Sequence record: CP113993.1
DNA from: a plasmid
DNA: 64,000 bases
Reading direction: 5' to 3' (one strand)
The translations under genes were made by a program, and so were the position numbers. Shown piece by piece: positions 1 to 9,524 of this stretch. Within the stretch, counting starts at the first letter, position 1, and each line of letters begins with the position of its first letter. The notes under the pieces are model-generated. The model saw nothing but the letters and a program-made list of their open reading frames with translations. It ran no database searches and was not told where the DNA came from.

Positions 1-2
1 GG

Positions 3-215
3 TCAGACCAGCCGCCATCGTCCGGACACGCCTTTATCTGCATTCATTTTCTCCACCACCCCGGCTCCCTCAAGCGTGGCCAGGTAAGACCGGGCCTGGT
101 ATATTGTCAGTCCGGCCGCATCCGCAATACTCCGGGTCCTGACCGGTATATTTATCCTGCCGTTTGCCTGTGACTGCATAAAAGACAGAATTTTGTCGCA
201 AGCGTCATTACTCAT
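3..215 (-). CDS. PapI/FaeA-family winged-helix fimbrial regulator-like protein (the ORF track extends it to 284, but the likely start is the ATG at 213-215)
   Basis: C-terminal half ...IADAAGLTIYQARSYLATLEGAGVVEK... matches the PapI-family signature (xYQARYYLxxLEKxG). An internal Met with ATG is at 213-215. Confidence 0.5.
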   Translation of the reverse strand: MSNDACDKILSFMQSQANGRINIPVRTRSIADAAGLTIYQARSYLATLEGAGVVEKMNADKGVSGRWRLV

Positions 216-280
216 TTTGTTCTCCTGTATCAACGGGCAGATAACGGCCCCCCGGAAGCTGAAATACCTGCCCCGGGTCT

Positions 281-871
281 TCACCTGTCAGAACCGTTGT
301 CCGGCTCATCAGTAATCACCCCGGGCAACAGGCCGCTCGTGCACAGCACATGCAGGTTCTCCACCCCCGCATACTCCACCATACAGGCCCGGAGGTAATA
401 ATCCTTGCGTGATGCCGCCTTCAGTGACGCATTCCTGGTTATGGCCGTACACAGGGATATCAGAGTCCGCTTTCGCAAGTCAGTCAGTTCACCTGAGCTT
501 TCCGGCCCGGCACTTCCCTTAAGCGCCTGCCGCAGCATGTCACGCAGCCGGAGGAGGCTGTCCCGGCCACTGATAACCTGCGCGGTTCCTCTCAGGAGCC
601 GCATTTCCTGCAGCCGCGAAGGTACCAGAACAACCATGGGAACCGGACTGGCCGCGTGCAGCATTCTGATGCCCTGCAGATGCCGTCCCCAGCCGGCCAG
701 CGGCTCCGCACTCAGTGCCACCAGGACCAGGTCATATGCCCCGGGAGGTGACATCTCCGGCCGCATCACGGCATACCCCATACCGGCAAGCAGATATGAC
801 AGCCCCAGCAGTTCATATTCACAGTTACCCGTCAACAGTATGCGTTTCCGGCGGGACATGGTATTTTCCAT
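281..871 (-). CDS. hypothetical protein, possibly an atypical CheY-like receiver fold
   Basis: 196-aa ORF with an ATG start. The KRILLTG...YDLVLVAL pattern resembles a receiver domain lacking the N-terminal acidic pair. It overlaps only an implausible antisense ORF. Confidence 0.3.
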   Translation of the reverse strand: MENTMSRRKRILLTGNCEYELLGLSYLLAGMGYAVMRPEMSPPGAYDLVLVALSAEPLAGWGRHLQGIRMLHAASPVPMVVLVPSRLQEMRLLRGTAQVISGRDSLLRLRDMLRQALKGSAGPESSGELTDLRKRTLISLCTAITRNASLKAASRKDYYLRACMVEYAGVENLHVLCTSGLLPGVITDEPDNGSDR

Positions 872-1073
872 TTATTCTGCCCCCGCTAACTTAACGCCAG
901 GCTCATCAGCCCTGCCAGCCCCACAAGAACCAGCAGATAAACCGTGACCAGTACACGTACAGATATTTTCATTACGATCCCTGCTCAGAAATAGTTCACC
1001 ACCGGCGTCAGGTTGCCCTGCCAGCGCATCCGGGCGGGCCGGGACATATTCAGGGATACGGACACCGGTGGCC

Positions 1074-1838
1074 TCACCGGTATTCAATGCTCACTGCCAG
1101 GGAGGTGTGCCAGCGGGACGGTATCTCCCCCTTAAAACGCAGTTCCCCGCTGTCCGCCACCGTCTGTGCGCCGTATACCCCGTCAACCTGGCGCAGGGCG
1201 GCGTCACTGAACCGGCTCAGTCCGGTCACGCTGCTGACCGTCATCTCCCGGAGCCAGGCCGGGCCTTCACTGTCAAACAGGGTCTGCAGTACACCCGGCG
1301 TCTGCTCCGCCGGCATCACCTGCCCCTGCGCCGGCAGGCCGTTACCCTGCAGGTCGTCATACAACCCGGCATACTCCGCCCGGTCTCCCCGGACATGGCG
1401 CAGCACACCCGCCGTCTGCAGCCTGAAGCTGAACGTCCCGGTACGGACATTTCCCTCCCCCGTCACCGGCAGTGTCACCGATGCCGTCCCCGGTGCCGTC
1501 CACATCAGTGCAAAACCCTCTGTTCCATTACCGTACGTCACCTGCGGCGCAAGCCCCTCCCGGCCTGCCGGGGTGGTCAGGATAGTTTTTCCCAGCAGGA
1601 CCGTCATGGCCGGCAGGGGAACCGGTATTACCTGCTCCCCACTGCGCAGGACTGAGTGTGCCTTCGTGTTTATCTGTGTGTTCCCTTCCCCGACCTTCCA
1701 GACCCAGGGATTACGGGTGCTGGTCACCGGCCCGCCCAGCTTCAGCTCTCCGCTGAAGTCTTCCCCCGGCGTGTTCCACGCCAGCACACAGGACGGCAGC
1801 AGACTGGCGGCCAGCAGTAAAATCGTCATTCGTTTCAT
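1074..1838 (-). CDS. K88/F4-type (FaeG/H/I-like) fimbrial subunit paralog with signal peptide
   Basis: 254 aa with an N-terminal signal peptide (MKRMTILLLAASLL). It sits in the FaeH/I position at the end of a fae-like operon and ends in ...AVSIEYR, typical of a pilin C-terminal donor-strand region. Confidence 0.55.
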   Translation of the reverse strand: MKRMTILLLAASLLPSCVLAWNTPGEDFSGELKLGGPVTSTRNPWVWKVGEGNTQINTKAHSVLRSGEQVIPVPLPAMTVLLGKTILTTPAGREGLAPQVTYGNGTEGFALMWTAPGTASVTLPVTGEGNVRTGTFSFRLQTAGVLRHVRGDRAEYAGLYDDLQGNGLPAQGQVMPAEQTPGVLQTLFDSEGPAWLREMTVSSVTGLSRFSDAALRQVDGVYGAQTVADSGELRFKGEIPSRWHTSLAVSIEYR

Positions 1839-1865
1839 TGTGTTCTTCCTCTCCCTGCCCGTTCT

Positions 1866-2657
1866 TTACTGGACCGTCACACTCAGCCCGGCCTGCCACT
1901 GCGCCGGCGTATTTTCTGCCGGCAGGCGCAGCTCAAAATCCGAGACGGCGGACGCATAGGCAGCCGCCAGCTGCGTCACCCGGGCGTCAGCCAGCACGCC
2001 CTGACTGATAACCTGACCGTTATCCGCCGTGCTCATTCCGTTACCGAAGCCCCGGTTCAGCATCAGCAGGGAAGGCAGGCGGCTTTTAAGCCACTGCGGC
2101 AAGGTGCCGGCCTGCACGCCGCTCACGCTCTGCCCGTTAACGAGCGACATACCTGCCGGCAAAACCGCCCCGTCTTCCTGGTGTCCGGCGCTGACGGCCA
2201 TTCCCTGGTCAAGGGTGAAAGAAAGCTGTCCCGCCACGTGACCGTTCTCCGGGTTACGTACCGGGACAGAGGCGCGGAAGTGCTGCGCCGTCGTGCTACC
2301 GCCAGCCGTCACGGAAAACGGCTGACCGTTACTGCTGAACGTGATGAAAGGCGTGAAGCCGGGACCACCGCGCTCTGCCACCTCATACAGGTGGCCTTCC
2401 AGAAACGGCAGGGTGCCCTTACTGCGCAGGTCAAAAACAAGAAAGCCGTTTTCATTACGGGCATCAGCGGTGTCCACCGCCCATGTCTGGTCAGGAGAGC
2501 CCACCTGCCAGGTCCATTTCGGGGCCTCGTCAGTGACCAGACCGTGAAACTGTATTTCCCCGCCGTCAAGAATTCCGGCCCGGGGTGCTGCGGAATAAAA
2601 CAGGGCCAGCGCGGCCAGGGCGGAAATAATAGATTTATAATGATGCGTTATTTTCAT
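1866..2657 (-). CDS. K88/F4-type (FaeG/H-like) fimbrial subunit paralog
   Basis: 263 aa with a signal peptide, immediately downstream of the FaeG-like gene. Size and position match faeH. Confidence 0.55.
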   Translation of the reverse strand: MKITHHYKSIISALAALALFYSAAPRAGILDGGEIQFHGLVTDEAPKWTWQVGSPDQTWAVDTADARNENGFLVFDLRSKGTLPFLEGHLYEVAERGGPGFTPFITFSSNGQPFSVTAGGSTTAQHFRASVPVRNPENGHVAGQLSFTLDQGMAVSAGHQEDGAVLPAGMSLVNGQSVSGVQAGTLPQWLKSRLPSLLMLNRGFGNGMSTADNGQVISQGVLADARVTQLAAAYASAVSDFELRLPAENTPAQWQAGLSVTVQ

Positions 2658-2817
2658 CGTTATTCACTCTGTTTTATCCGGACATACAACCCCAGACAGG
2701 TCAGAAACTGGTTTTTTATTAAAATAAAGGACAAGCTGGCATTCTGAGCAAAAAACGCAGAAGGCCAGACTTGAATTAACCCTTGATGGTTATAATATAA
2801 TATTTAAAAGACAGATA

Positions 2818-3642
2818 TTAAGAATAAGAGACAGTAATATGCAGCGGTGCAACCCACTCCGTATTTTCAGTAACAGCCTCATTGAATTTTACCTTCTGGG
2901 ACACTCCAGCTTTTATACCAAAGGCATAAGAAGCAGCACCACCACTAATTCTATCGATAGTCCCCTCCATGGGAGTGTTACCACCTTTTTTTGTTACGTC
3001 TGGATACTTTTTAGTTACGAGAGCCAGCAAATCATCACTTCCAAGCCCCCCAAATGAAACGAGTCCTGAGTATGAAACCGCATTTTCAGGTGCGCCACCA
3101 TAAAAAATCTGGCCAGGCTGCTTCGAGTACACTGAGCCGAAGAACGCCATATCATTTCCTTTAGCGTGATACATCACTAAGGTTTGTGCTGTTCCAGTAA
3201 GAGTAAAAACACCGCTCTGGAGAGAGTCTTTCCCTTTTACAGGGATCTGTAAGCTAACAGAACTTCTGTCGTTAGATACCATTTCGATTTTATTACCATC
3301 AAATCCACTGAACTGGATTTGCGGAGCAGCCCCATATCCAGCCTGAAAATCTAGAGGAAAGGCCTCCGTTACCTTCCCCACAAGAACAGGCATATTCTCT
3401 TTGGCTGCAAATGTTAATTCAGTCTTGTCTTCTGACAGATCAGTGAAAGAGCTTTGGAAACTATCAAATCCAGCTCCAACACCCCATACCCATTGATTCT
3501 GGTATTCAGGTTTGGTAATTGTACCACCAAAATTCACAGTCTGATCTAGATTACCGGGTTGCTGCCAGCTTACATCAGCCATAACTTGACCAGACATTAA
3601 CGCAGAAGCAGCCACCGCCAGTGCCATCAGTGTTTTTTTCAT
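2818..3642 (-). CDS. FaeG-like major fimbrial subunit/adhesin (K88/F4 family)
   Basis: MKKTLMALAVAASALMSGQVMA signal, the WxWxVGxG motif, YGG, and a ...APLHITVSYS C-terminus. It aligns by eye with K88 FaeG. The gene is markedly AT-rich compared with the rest of the operon. Confidence 0.7.
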   Translation of the reverse strand: MKKTLMALAVAASALMSGQVMADVSWQQPGNLDQTVNFGGTITKPEYQNQWVWGVGAGFDSFQSSFTDLSEDKTELTFAAKENMPVLVGKVTEAFPLDFQAGYGAAPQIQFSGFDGNKIEMVSNDRSSVSLQIPVKGKDSLQSGVFTLTGTAQTLVMYHAKGNDMAFFGSVYSKQPGQIFYGGAPENAVSYSGLVSFGGLGSDDLLALVTKKYPDVTKKGGNTPMEGTIDRISGGAASYAFGIKAGVSQKVKFNEAVTENTEWVAPLHITVSYS

Positions 3643-3866
3643 GAGTTTAAATTCCTTTCAGTTTTATAAAACAATTAAAGAACTATTTTGTTATTAAATG
3701 GTAATTCCGTCTGTTACCCGGTCTTACCGCAAAACCATCCCCTGCCACCTTATTCAGGTGGCATCACTGAGATATTTATCCCTGTAATACAGAATGGCTT
3801 TACGTTATTGCCGTAAATAACAGTGCGGCATTCACTCCGGTAATGCGTGGTGTCCTGCCGTTCTTT

Positions 3867-4361
3867 TTAACTGACGCTTACTCCTTCCACTTCCACCGGC
3901 ACCTGCACATTTCCCCGGTAGTTCGCCGGCACCTCCAGCTCCGCCGGCGCGTCACTTCTCAGCTCCACCTGCCGGGTTGCCGCCGGTACTGTGATCACCA
4001 CATCCTCTCCCCGCTGGCTGGCCGAGAGGGCCGCCCGCTGCCCGTCCACCATCAGGGTGGTCTTCAGCGTGAGCCGTGCATCCCGGCCGTCTCCCAGTGT
4101 CCGTTTCACCGTGATATACACCATGTTTCCGGAGGCCGGACGGCTTTCCGCATTACGGATAACCAGCGTCTCCGGCAGCGGACCGTTGCTCTCCGTCCGG
4201 TACAGCACCGGGTCCGCCGGGGTGCGCGTCACCTTCACCACGCTGTTGCCCACCACCTGACCGTTCACCACGCCCAGGTACTGCGTCTTCTCGCTGTAAT
4301 CCGCCGCCAGGACCGGCAGGGCGCTGAAGAGGGCTACCGCCATCAGTGCTTTTTTCATCAT
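3867..4361 (-). CDS. FaeF-like minor fimbrial subunit
   Basis: 164 aa with a signal peptide, positioned between the chaperone gene and the FaeG-like gene exactly as faeF is in K88. Confidence 0.5.
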   Translation of the reverse strand: MMKKALMAVALFSALPVLAADYSEKTQYLGVVNGQVVGNSVVKVTRTPADPVLYRTESNGPLPETLVIRNAESRPASGNMVYITVKRTLGDGRDARLTLKTTLMVDGQRAALSASQRGEDVVITVPAATRQVELRSDAPAELEVPANYRGNVQVPVEVEGVSVS

Positions 4362-4393
4362 GGTTTCTCCTTACTCCGCAGGACCGGAAAGGA

Positions 4394-5188
4394 TTATTTT
4401 TTACCTGCCCCGGCCGCTGTTTTCGTCTCCGGGACCGTCTTTGCCTCCGGTGCCGCCACTTTTTTCTGGTTGATGGTCCAGGTCTGCAGCTCGCCGTAAT
4501 CGTTCAGGGAATCCACCTTCACCACATTCCCCTTCACCTGCACCTCATCCCCCGGCATAAACATCAGCAGTTTCTGGGCGGTGTCGTTGTCCACCGCAAC
4601 CTTTTTACCGTTCGCATCCAGCAGGCTGCCGATGGCGTAGATATACGGCGTGGTGTTGACCAGCATCGTCCGCCCGTCCGGACGGACCTGCAGGCTGATG
4701 CCTTCCTCGGCGCCTTTACGGTCCTTCAGCAGCGCCTCCGGGCGGTAGAACAGCTTCAGCTTCGTGCGCAGGGCAATGGCAATTCCGCTGCCCTTCAGCG
4801 CCGGCGGAATATCCTGCAGGTTCAGCCAGTACACTGACTCTTTATCCTTCGGCAGGTGGTCAGAGGCCATGATGATACGCAGCGTCTGCTGCCCCTGCGG
4901 TTTCACCTTAAAAAAGGACGGTGTCACCACAAACGTCGGGCGGGTGTCTTTCTCCACAATATTGTCCACCCACGCCTGGCCGCCGAAAGTACGCTCCTTG
5001 TCATTGTTGGTCACCGTGATGGTCAGCGCGTCCTTGTCGCCGCGAAAAATATAGCGGGTCTGGTCCGCCGCCAGGGAAGCCAGCGCACTCTGGCTCGCCA
5101 TCATCAGGGCCAGGGTCATTCCCAGCGCCTTCGTCACTCTGTTACGGAAAAAAGAACGCATTTTCTGGGTCTGTTTCATCGTCATCAT
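4394..5188 (-). CDS. periplasmic pilus chaperone (PapD/FaeE family)
   Basis: 264 aa with a signal peptide, then ...TRYIFRGDKDALTITVTNNDKER...WLNLQDIPP..., typical of the PapD-like Ig-fold chaperone N-domain. It follows the usher gene. Confidence 0.8.
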   Translation of the reverse strand: MMTMKQTQKMRSFFRNRVTKALGMTLALMMASQSALASLAADQTRYIFRGDKDALTITVTNNDKERTFGGQAWVDNIVEKDTRPTFVVTPSFFKVKPQGQQTLRIIMASDHLPKDKESVYWLNLQDIPPALKGSGIAIALRTKLKLFYRPEALLKDRKGAEEGISLQVRPDGRTMLVNTTPYIYAIGSLLDANGKKVAVDNDTAQKLLMFMPGDEVQVKGNVVKVDSLNDYGELQTWTINQKKVAAPEAKTVPETKTAAGAGKK

Positions 5189-5201
5189 TGTCCGGTTATG
5201 C

Positions 5202-7634
5202 TTATTCGCACGTAATTTCCTGTAGTTTCGCCGTCTCCTGCAGTTTCGCCGCAGGTATCCGGCACTGTCCCAGCGTGATATCGCCGGGGCGGTCCACCGC
5301 GTTAATCATCAGCACGCCGTTGTTCGCCACAAAGCCCAGCGGCGTGTTATTGCTGTCCCGTGCCCATGTGCCGCCCGGCACAAAGGCCCCGTCCGGCATC
5401 CTCACCTGCAGCAGGTAACGGTGCACCTTCAGAGCATCAAACGGCATCCACACCACCGCCCTGTCCGTCGGCACCACCTTCCGGCTGGTCGTGGACAGCT
5501 CCGTGTCCAGCGGCAGCGTGCCCGCATCTATGGTCACCGTATTCCAGTCATAGCTGTTCAGCGGCACCACCAGGTTCCCGTCACTGTCCGACGTTTCATT
5601 GCCGGACATCACCTTCACCCCCGGCGTGTCCTTCACGCTCACCACCGCCACCGTGTCCCCGGTGGTCCGGCTGAACATGATGTCCCGCGCCGCCGGCACC
5701 GCCAGTACCGAACCGCTGGCTGACACCGAACCACTGGTGCCCGAACCGGACGAGTGGTTCACCGTGCCGTTCAGGTTCGCCCGGTCGCCGCTGTAGGCGG
5801 CGTTCAGGTAACTGCTGACACCGCCGTCACTGTCACGGCCGCCGCCCAGACCGTAACTGAACCGGTCGTTCAGGGCCCCGGAGATACCGGTACTGACGCC
5901 GGTGCCGCCATCTTTACCGGTGCTCACCGTGGTGCTGCTGCTGTACTTCCGCTCAAACAGGGTGAACGGCACCGACACCGACGCGGAGGCCGACCAGGTG
6001 TTCTCCCCGTTCATGTTCCGGGACCCGGACCAGCCCAGATTCAGGCTGACGCTTTTTATCTGTGTGCTCAGGGTACCGGTAATTCCTGTCTCCTTACCGT
6101 TGTCATCAGCGTACCGGTAACTGCCGGTCGTGGAGGCCGGGTAATAGCTCCGCTGCCAGCCCGACGCCGACAGGCTGAACAGCCCCCCCACCGGCTGGCT
6201 GATGCCCGCATTCCACTCATCCCGGGTCCGGCGCCCCTGGTTCTGCTGCAGCCATGTTTCAGCCGGGTTAAAGGAGGACATGTCCTCATACTCCGCACTC
6301 TGCCGTGACCAGCTCACCCGCAGTCCGGTGTTCGTCAGTTCAAGCTGTTTGCTCCAGGCCACCTGTACCTTGTTCCCGCGGCGGCTGCCGTCCCGGTACT
6401 TCGCCGTGGCATACGCCCCGTCAGTGGAAAGCGCCCCCAGATAACCGAGCCCCAGCACCGCACCGGCGCGGGCGCCCTGCCAGTCCTGGTTGAACACGCC
6501 CCCCGTGCGCAGCGTCAGCCCGTCCAGACCATACCCGTATGACGCGGCAAACACCCCGCCCTCCAGGTCGCTGTCATCGTCCGGTATCCCGGCCGCCACG
6601 CTGAACTCGTGCTGTCCCGGGCTCAGCTGCCCGGCCATTACCGACAGCGGGAAGACCTGCGTCTGCTCCCGGCCGTCATCCCCGGTGACGGTCATCGTCA
6701 CATCCCCGCTGCTGTACAGCGGCACATCCGTGACGGAGAACGGCCCGGCCGGCATCATTCCCGAGTACAGCGTCCTGCCGTTCTGCGTCAGGGTCACCCT
6801 TGAGGGTCCGTTCGCAATGCCGCTGAACACCGGGGTGTACCCGAGGTTACCCGGCTTCATGCTGTTGTTCCGCGACAGGGACACCCCGTACGTGCCGGTA
6901 CTGCCCAGCAGGCTGTCGCCGGTGGAGGTTTTCCCGACCGCCAGGTCCGCACTCAGGGAGCGAATGGCCCGGGTGGCCGTGAACATGTTTATCGTGGCAT
7001 CGTTGTTCCCGCCGTCACCGGTGCTGGCCGTGGCTGACGAACTCACCACCCAGCGGCCGATGTTGGCGTTCAGGTCCGCAGACCCGAACGCCGAGGAGTT
7101 ATTTCGCCCGGTGTTGGCGTTCGCGTTGTAGTTCATCCGGAACGCCTCCGTCCCGTAGTCCCACTCCACGTTCTCCGGCATTTTCACCAGCCCCTTCTGG
7201 GGGATGGCCAGCGACAGGCTCTGGGTGGCGACATCGAAGTCCACCTTCACCGCCGGCGCTTTCGCCAGCACATAACACTGCCGGGTGGCGTCATACCCCT
7301 CACGGAAGTACTCCGCGCTGACATAAATCCCGGCCTTTGCCAGCCACGCTTCTGACAGACACAGCGCCTCGCTGTCCTGCGGCGTCACGTCCAGAATGTG
7401 CTTCCCGGCCTCCTTCCCGTTCAGGGACAGGTCCACCAGGTAGCGCCCCGGCGCATAATCTCCGTTCAGCGCCGCCCAGACTTCCGGGTTAATTCCCGCC
7501 CCGCCCTGTATAAAGGACATGTCCAGTTTTTCTCCGGCACTTGCGGTACCGCTGCCCAGGGCAACCGCTGTCGCAAGTGCCAGCGCTGTCCTGCGTGCCC
7601 CCCTCTCCTCCGGTGACATCCGCATCAGTCTCAT
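5202..7634 (-). CDS. fimbrial outer-membrane usher (PapC/FaeD family)
   Basis: 810 aa with a signal peptide. It is a Gly/Ser/Thr/Asn-rich beta-barrel protein of typical usher size, flanked by the fimbrial subunit and chaperone genes. Confidence 0.85.
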   Translation of the reverse strand: MRLMRMSPEERGARRTALALATAVALGSGTASAGEKLDMSFIQGGAGINPEVWAALNGDYAPGRYLVDLSLNGKEAGKHILDVTPQDSEALCLSEAWLAKAGIYVSAEYFREGYDATRQCYVLAKAPAVKVDFDVATQSLSLAIPQKGLVKMPENVEWDYGTEAFRMNYNANANTGRNNSSAFGSADLNANIGRWVVSSSATASTGDGGNNDATINMFTATRAIRSLSADLAVGKTSTGDSLLGSTGTYGVSLSRNNSMKPGNLGYTPVFSGIANGPSRVTLTQNGRTLYSGMMPAGPFSVTDVPLYSSGDVTMTVTGDDGREQTQVFPLSVMAGQLSPGQHEFSVAAGIPDDDSDLEGGVFAASYGYGLDGLTLRTGGVFNQDWQGARAGAVLGLGYLGALSTDGAYATAKYRDGSRRGNKVQVAWSKQLELTNTGLRVSWSRQSAEYEDMSSFNPAETWLQQNQGRRTRDEWNAGISQPVGGLFSLSASGWQRSYYPASTTGSYRYADDNGKETGITGTLSTQIKSVSLNLGWSGSRNMNGENTWSASASVSVPFTLFERKYSSSTTVSTGKDGGTGVSTGISGALNDRFSYGLGGGRDSDGGVSSYLNAAYSGDRANLNGTVNHSSGSGTSGSVSASGSVLAVPAARDIMFSRTTGDTVAVVSVKDTPGVKVMSGNETSDSDGNLVVPLNSYDWNTVTIDAGTLPLDTELSTTSRKVVPTDRAVVWMPFDALKVHRYLLQVRMPDGAFVPGGTWARDSNNTPLGFVANNGVLMINAVDRPGDITLGQCRIPAAKLQETAKLQEITCE

Positions 7635-7658
7635 TCTGCTGCTCCTCCTTATTTTGTT

Positions 7659-8198
7659 TTACTGATACGTCACCACAAAGGTCAGGGCGCCGCTGTATTC
7701 CCCGGCCTTCACGTCCGCCGGAAACACCGGCTGTGCATGAAACCGGAACTGCCCCCTGGCAGCAAAATCCACCGGGTACTTCACCGCATGGTTTGCCTGC
7801 GTGATGCGCCCCCGGAAGTCTGCCTGCGTGTCCGCGGCCCGCACATCGATACGGATACCGTCGCCGGCGCCACGGGTGACCACGCCCTGTCCGTCCAGCT
7901 GGCCCGGGTTGCCAAAATTCAGGGTGGCGATCTGCCCGGCCAGAAAGGCCGAACAGCCCTGAACGGTGGCACCGGTCTCATACAGCCGCACGGTGAAGTC
8001 ACGCGGCGACACGGGTGCAGCGGACGACTTACGGTATGTCCCGAACGTCAGCCGGCTGCTGCCGGTACCGTCAGCATCCACCACCACATGACAGGCAGAG
8101 GCCACCACATCAGCGCTGAACAGGATTTTCTGAACAGAAGCGTGAGAAAGCCCGCCTCCTGCCAGCAGCAGAAGGTAAAATATCTTTATTTTTTTCAT
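7659..8198 (-). CDS. FaeC-like minor (tip) fimbrial subunit
   Basis: 179 aa with a signal peptide and a C-terminal ...[10 protein letters not shown] donor strand. It is the first gene of the operon, as faeC is in K88. Confidence 0.55.
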   Translation of the reverse strand: MKKIKIFYLLLLAGGGLSHASVQKILFSADVVASACHVVVDADGTGSSRLTFGTYRKSSAAPVSPRDFTVRLYETGATVQGCSAFLAGQIATLNFGNPGQLDGQGVVTRGAGDGIRIDVRAADTQADFRGRITQANHAVKYPVDFAARGQFRFHAQPVFPADVKAGEYSGALTFVVTYQ

Positions 8199-8242
8199 AG
8201 GTTCACGTTTGCACGGAAATAAAGACCAGTTATCTCATTATC

Positions 8243-8563
8243 TCAGCAAATAACCGGAATTGTCTGTCCTGTAAATTCCCCCTGCGGAATGTAATATGGC
8301 ATAAGCCGGGATACAGTCTGGTTAACACGCTGGAGCCGTTTCAGCGCCCCTGAAAAATAGCCGGGAGAAACATGATGCCGTTCACAGGCTTCCACGCGGG
8401 TATATCCCAGCACAAGATGGTCTTTAAGCGACTGAATCACTTTTTCACTGTGAATAGGCGATACTTCCACCAGTAACCAGAAATGAATTTCCGGCATTTC
8501 TCCCGGAATGAGGGATTTCCCGAAACTCCTGGTCAAAAGCAAATAACTGTCTTGTCCTGACAT
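8243..8563 (-). CDS. PapB-family fimbrial transcriptional regulator
   Basis: 106 aa. ...MPEIHFWLLVEVSPIHSEKVIQSLKDHLVLGYTRVEACERHHVSPGYFSGALKRLQRV... aligns by eye with PapB (MSEMHFFLLIGISSIHSDRVI...GYFSTTLGRL). Confidence 0.75.
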   Translation of the reverse strand: MSGQDSYLLLTRSFGKSLIPGEMPEIHFWLLVEVSPIHSEKVIQSLKDHLVLGYTRVEACERHHVSPGYFSGALKRLQRVNQTVSRLMPYYIPQGEFTGQTIPVIC

Positions 8564-9111
8564 ATAACGGTACCCCAGAAATAAAAGCTGCTCTGCATCA
8601 GGCCGTATGACACCTGCAGTAATCCGGGTGGAATACAGGCTGCACTAAGGCTGATTGTTCTGGGGAAAAAAGATATCACAGCCATTTATATCGAAAAAGA
8701 CAAAATACACGATCTTTAATACCACAAATAAAAGAAAAGCAAGAATAAAGAACCAAAACACAAGCAACTTAAAGAGGATTACTCTAAAAAACACAAAAAT
8801 TACCAGATAAGAGTTTATTTTATGTATAAAAATCAATATTTATGCCTAAGTAAATTATTAAGCATAATCCAGATCTTAATCAAAAAACGATTAACAAAAT
8901 TACGTAAAAATATGAAGTTAATAATCATTAAAAATATTAAGTGGTGGTATTAATGCAGCGTTTATTAATAATTCAAATAAATAACACCTTAAAAAGAGAT
9001 ATGACAAAGATGAAAGATCACCCTGCTCATGAAAAATCACGAGAATTCAGCATTACAATACGTAGAAAGTAGTAATAAAATTTTCACAAAGCAAAAGTTA
9101 ACGGAAAAAAT
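8564..9111. promoter_or_regulatory. AT-rich divergent control region between the papB-like and papI-like genes, with at least three GATC sites
   Basis: About 75% AT over roughly 550 bp. GATC sites lie near 8711, 8871 and 9016. The divergent papI/papB arrangement is the classic pap-type Dam/Lrp switch layout. Confidence 0.4.
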
Positions 9112-9299
9112 ATGAAGCGCCAGATAGTCCAGTATATGTGTGGTAAAAGCGAGGGGTGTGGTACAGCGGAAATTGCTTATGCTCTGAAATTAAGCTCTTA
9201 CCAGGCCCGTTATTATCTGCAGCAACTGGAAAAGGAAAAAAAGTAACCCGCACTCCCCTGCGTCGCGGAGCCAGAACGATATGGACAGTGTCAAACTAA
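9112..9299 (+). pseudogene. PapI-family regulator interrupted by a frameshift at an A7 tract (A_AAA_AAG followed by TAA)
   Basis: The 0 frame gives MKRQIVQYMCGKSEGCGTAEIAYALKLSSYQARYYLQQLEKEKK*. The -1 frame continues VTRTPLRRGARTIWTVSN*, matching the PapI C-terminus (VQRSPLRRGMATYW). The shift point is the A7 run at 9236-9242. Confidence 0.55.
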
Positions 9300-9524
9300 C
9301 GTTACCGGTAAAGAATTCAGTGTCGCCTGACAAACAGGTACCCGGTGTTTCAGTTTCCGGGCTGCACTGGCCTGCCCGTCGGCTGTCTAAGTGTTGCTGG
9401 CAGTGGCGACAGGGGAAATTAAAGCGGCCATCAAAAACTGAAACAAAAATGCAGCCGTAGTGTACGACATAGGGCCTTTGTAGAGACATTCAGAAAACCA
9501 TAACAGTCTCCTGTTTGCTACCAT

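Noticed and set aside
405-947. 180-aa plus-strand ORF rich in Ser/Arg/Pro
   Set aside because: It lies entirely antisense to the better-supported 281-871 ORF in high-GC DNA, and has no motif or start context. It is treated as a GC-driven spurious ORF.
1068-1959. 195- and 290-aa plus-strand ORFs
   Set aside because: They are antisense to the fimbrial subunit genes, have Pro/Arg/Ser-rich low-complexity translations typical of the wrong strand of high-GC coding DNA, and carry no signal peptides.
5360-6493. Cluster of Pro/His/Arg-rich plus-strand ORFs (5360-5674, 5421-5723, 5754-6308 and others)
   Set aside because: All lie inside and antisense to the 810-aa usher gene. Their composition reflects codon-complement artefacts.
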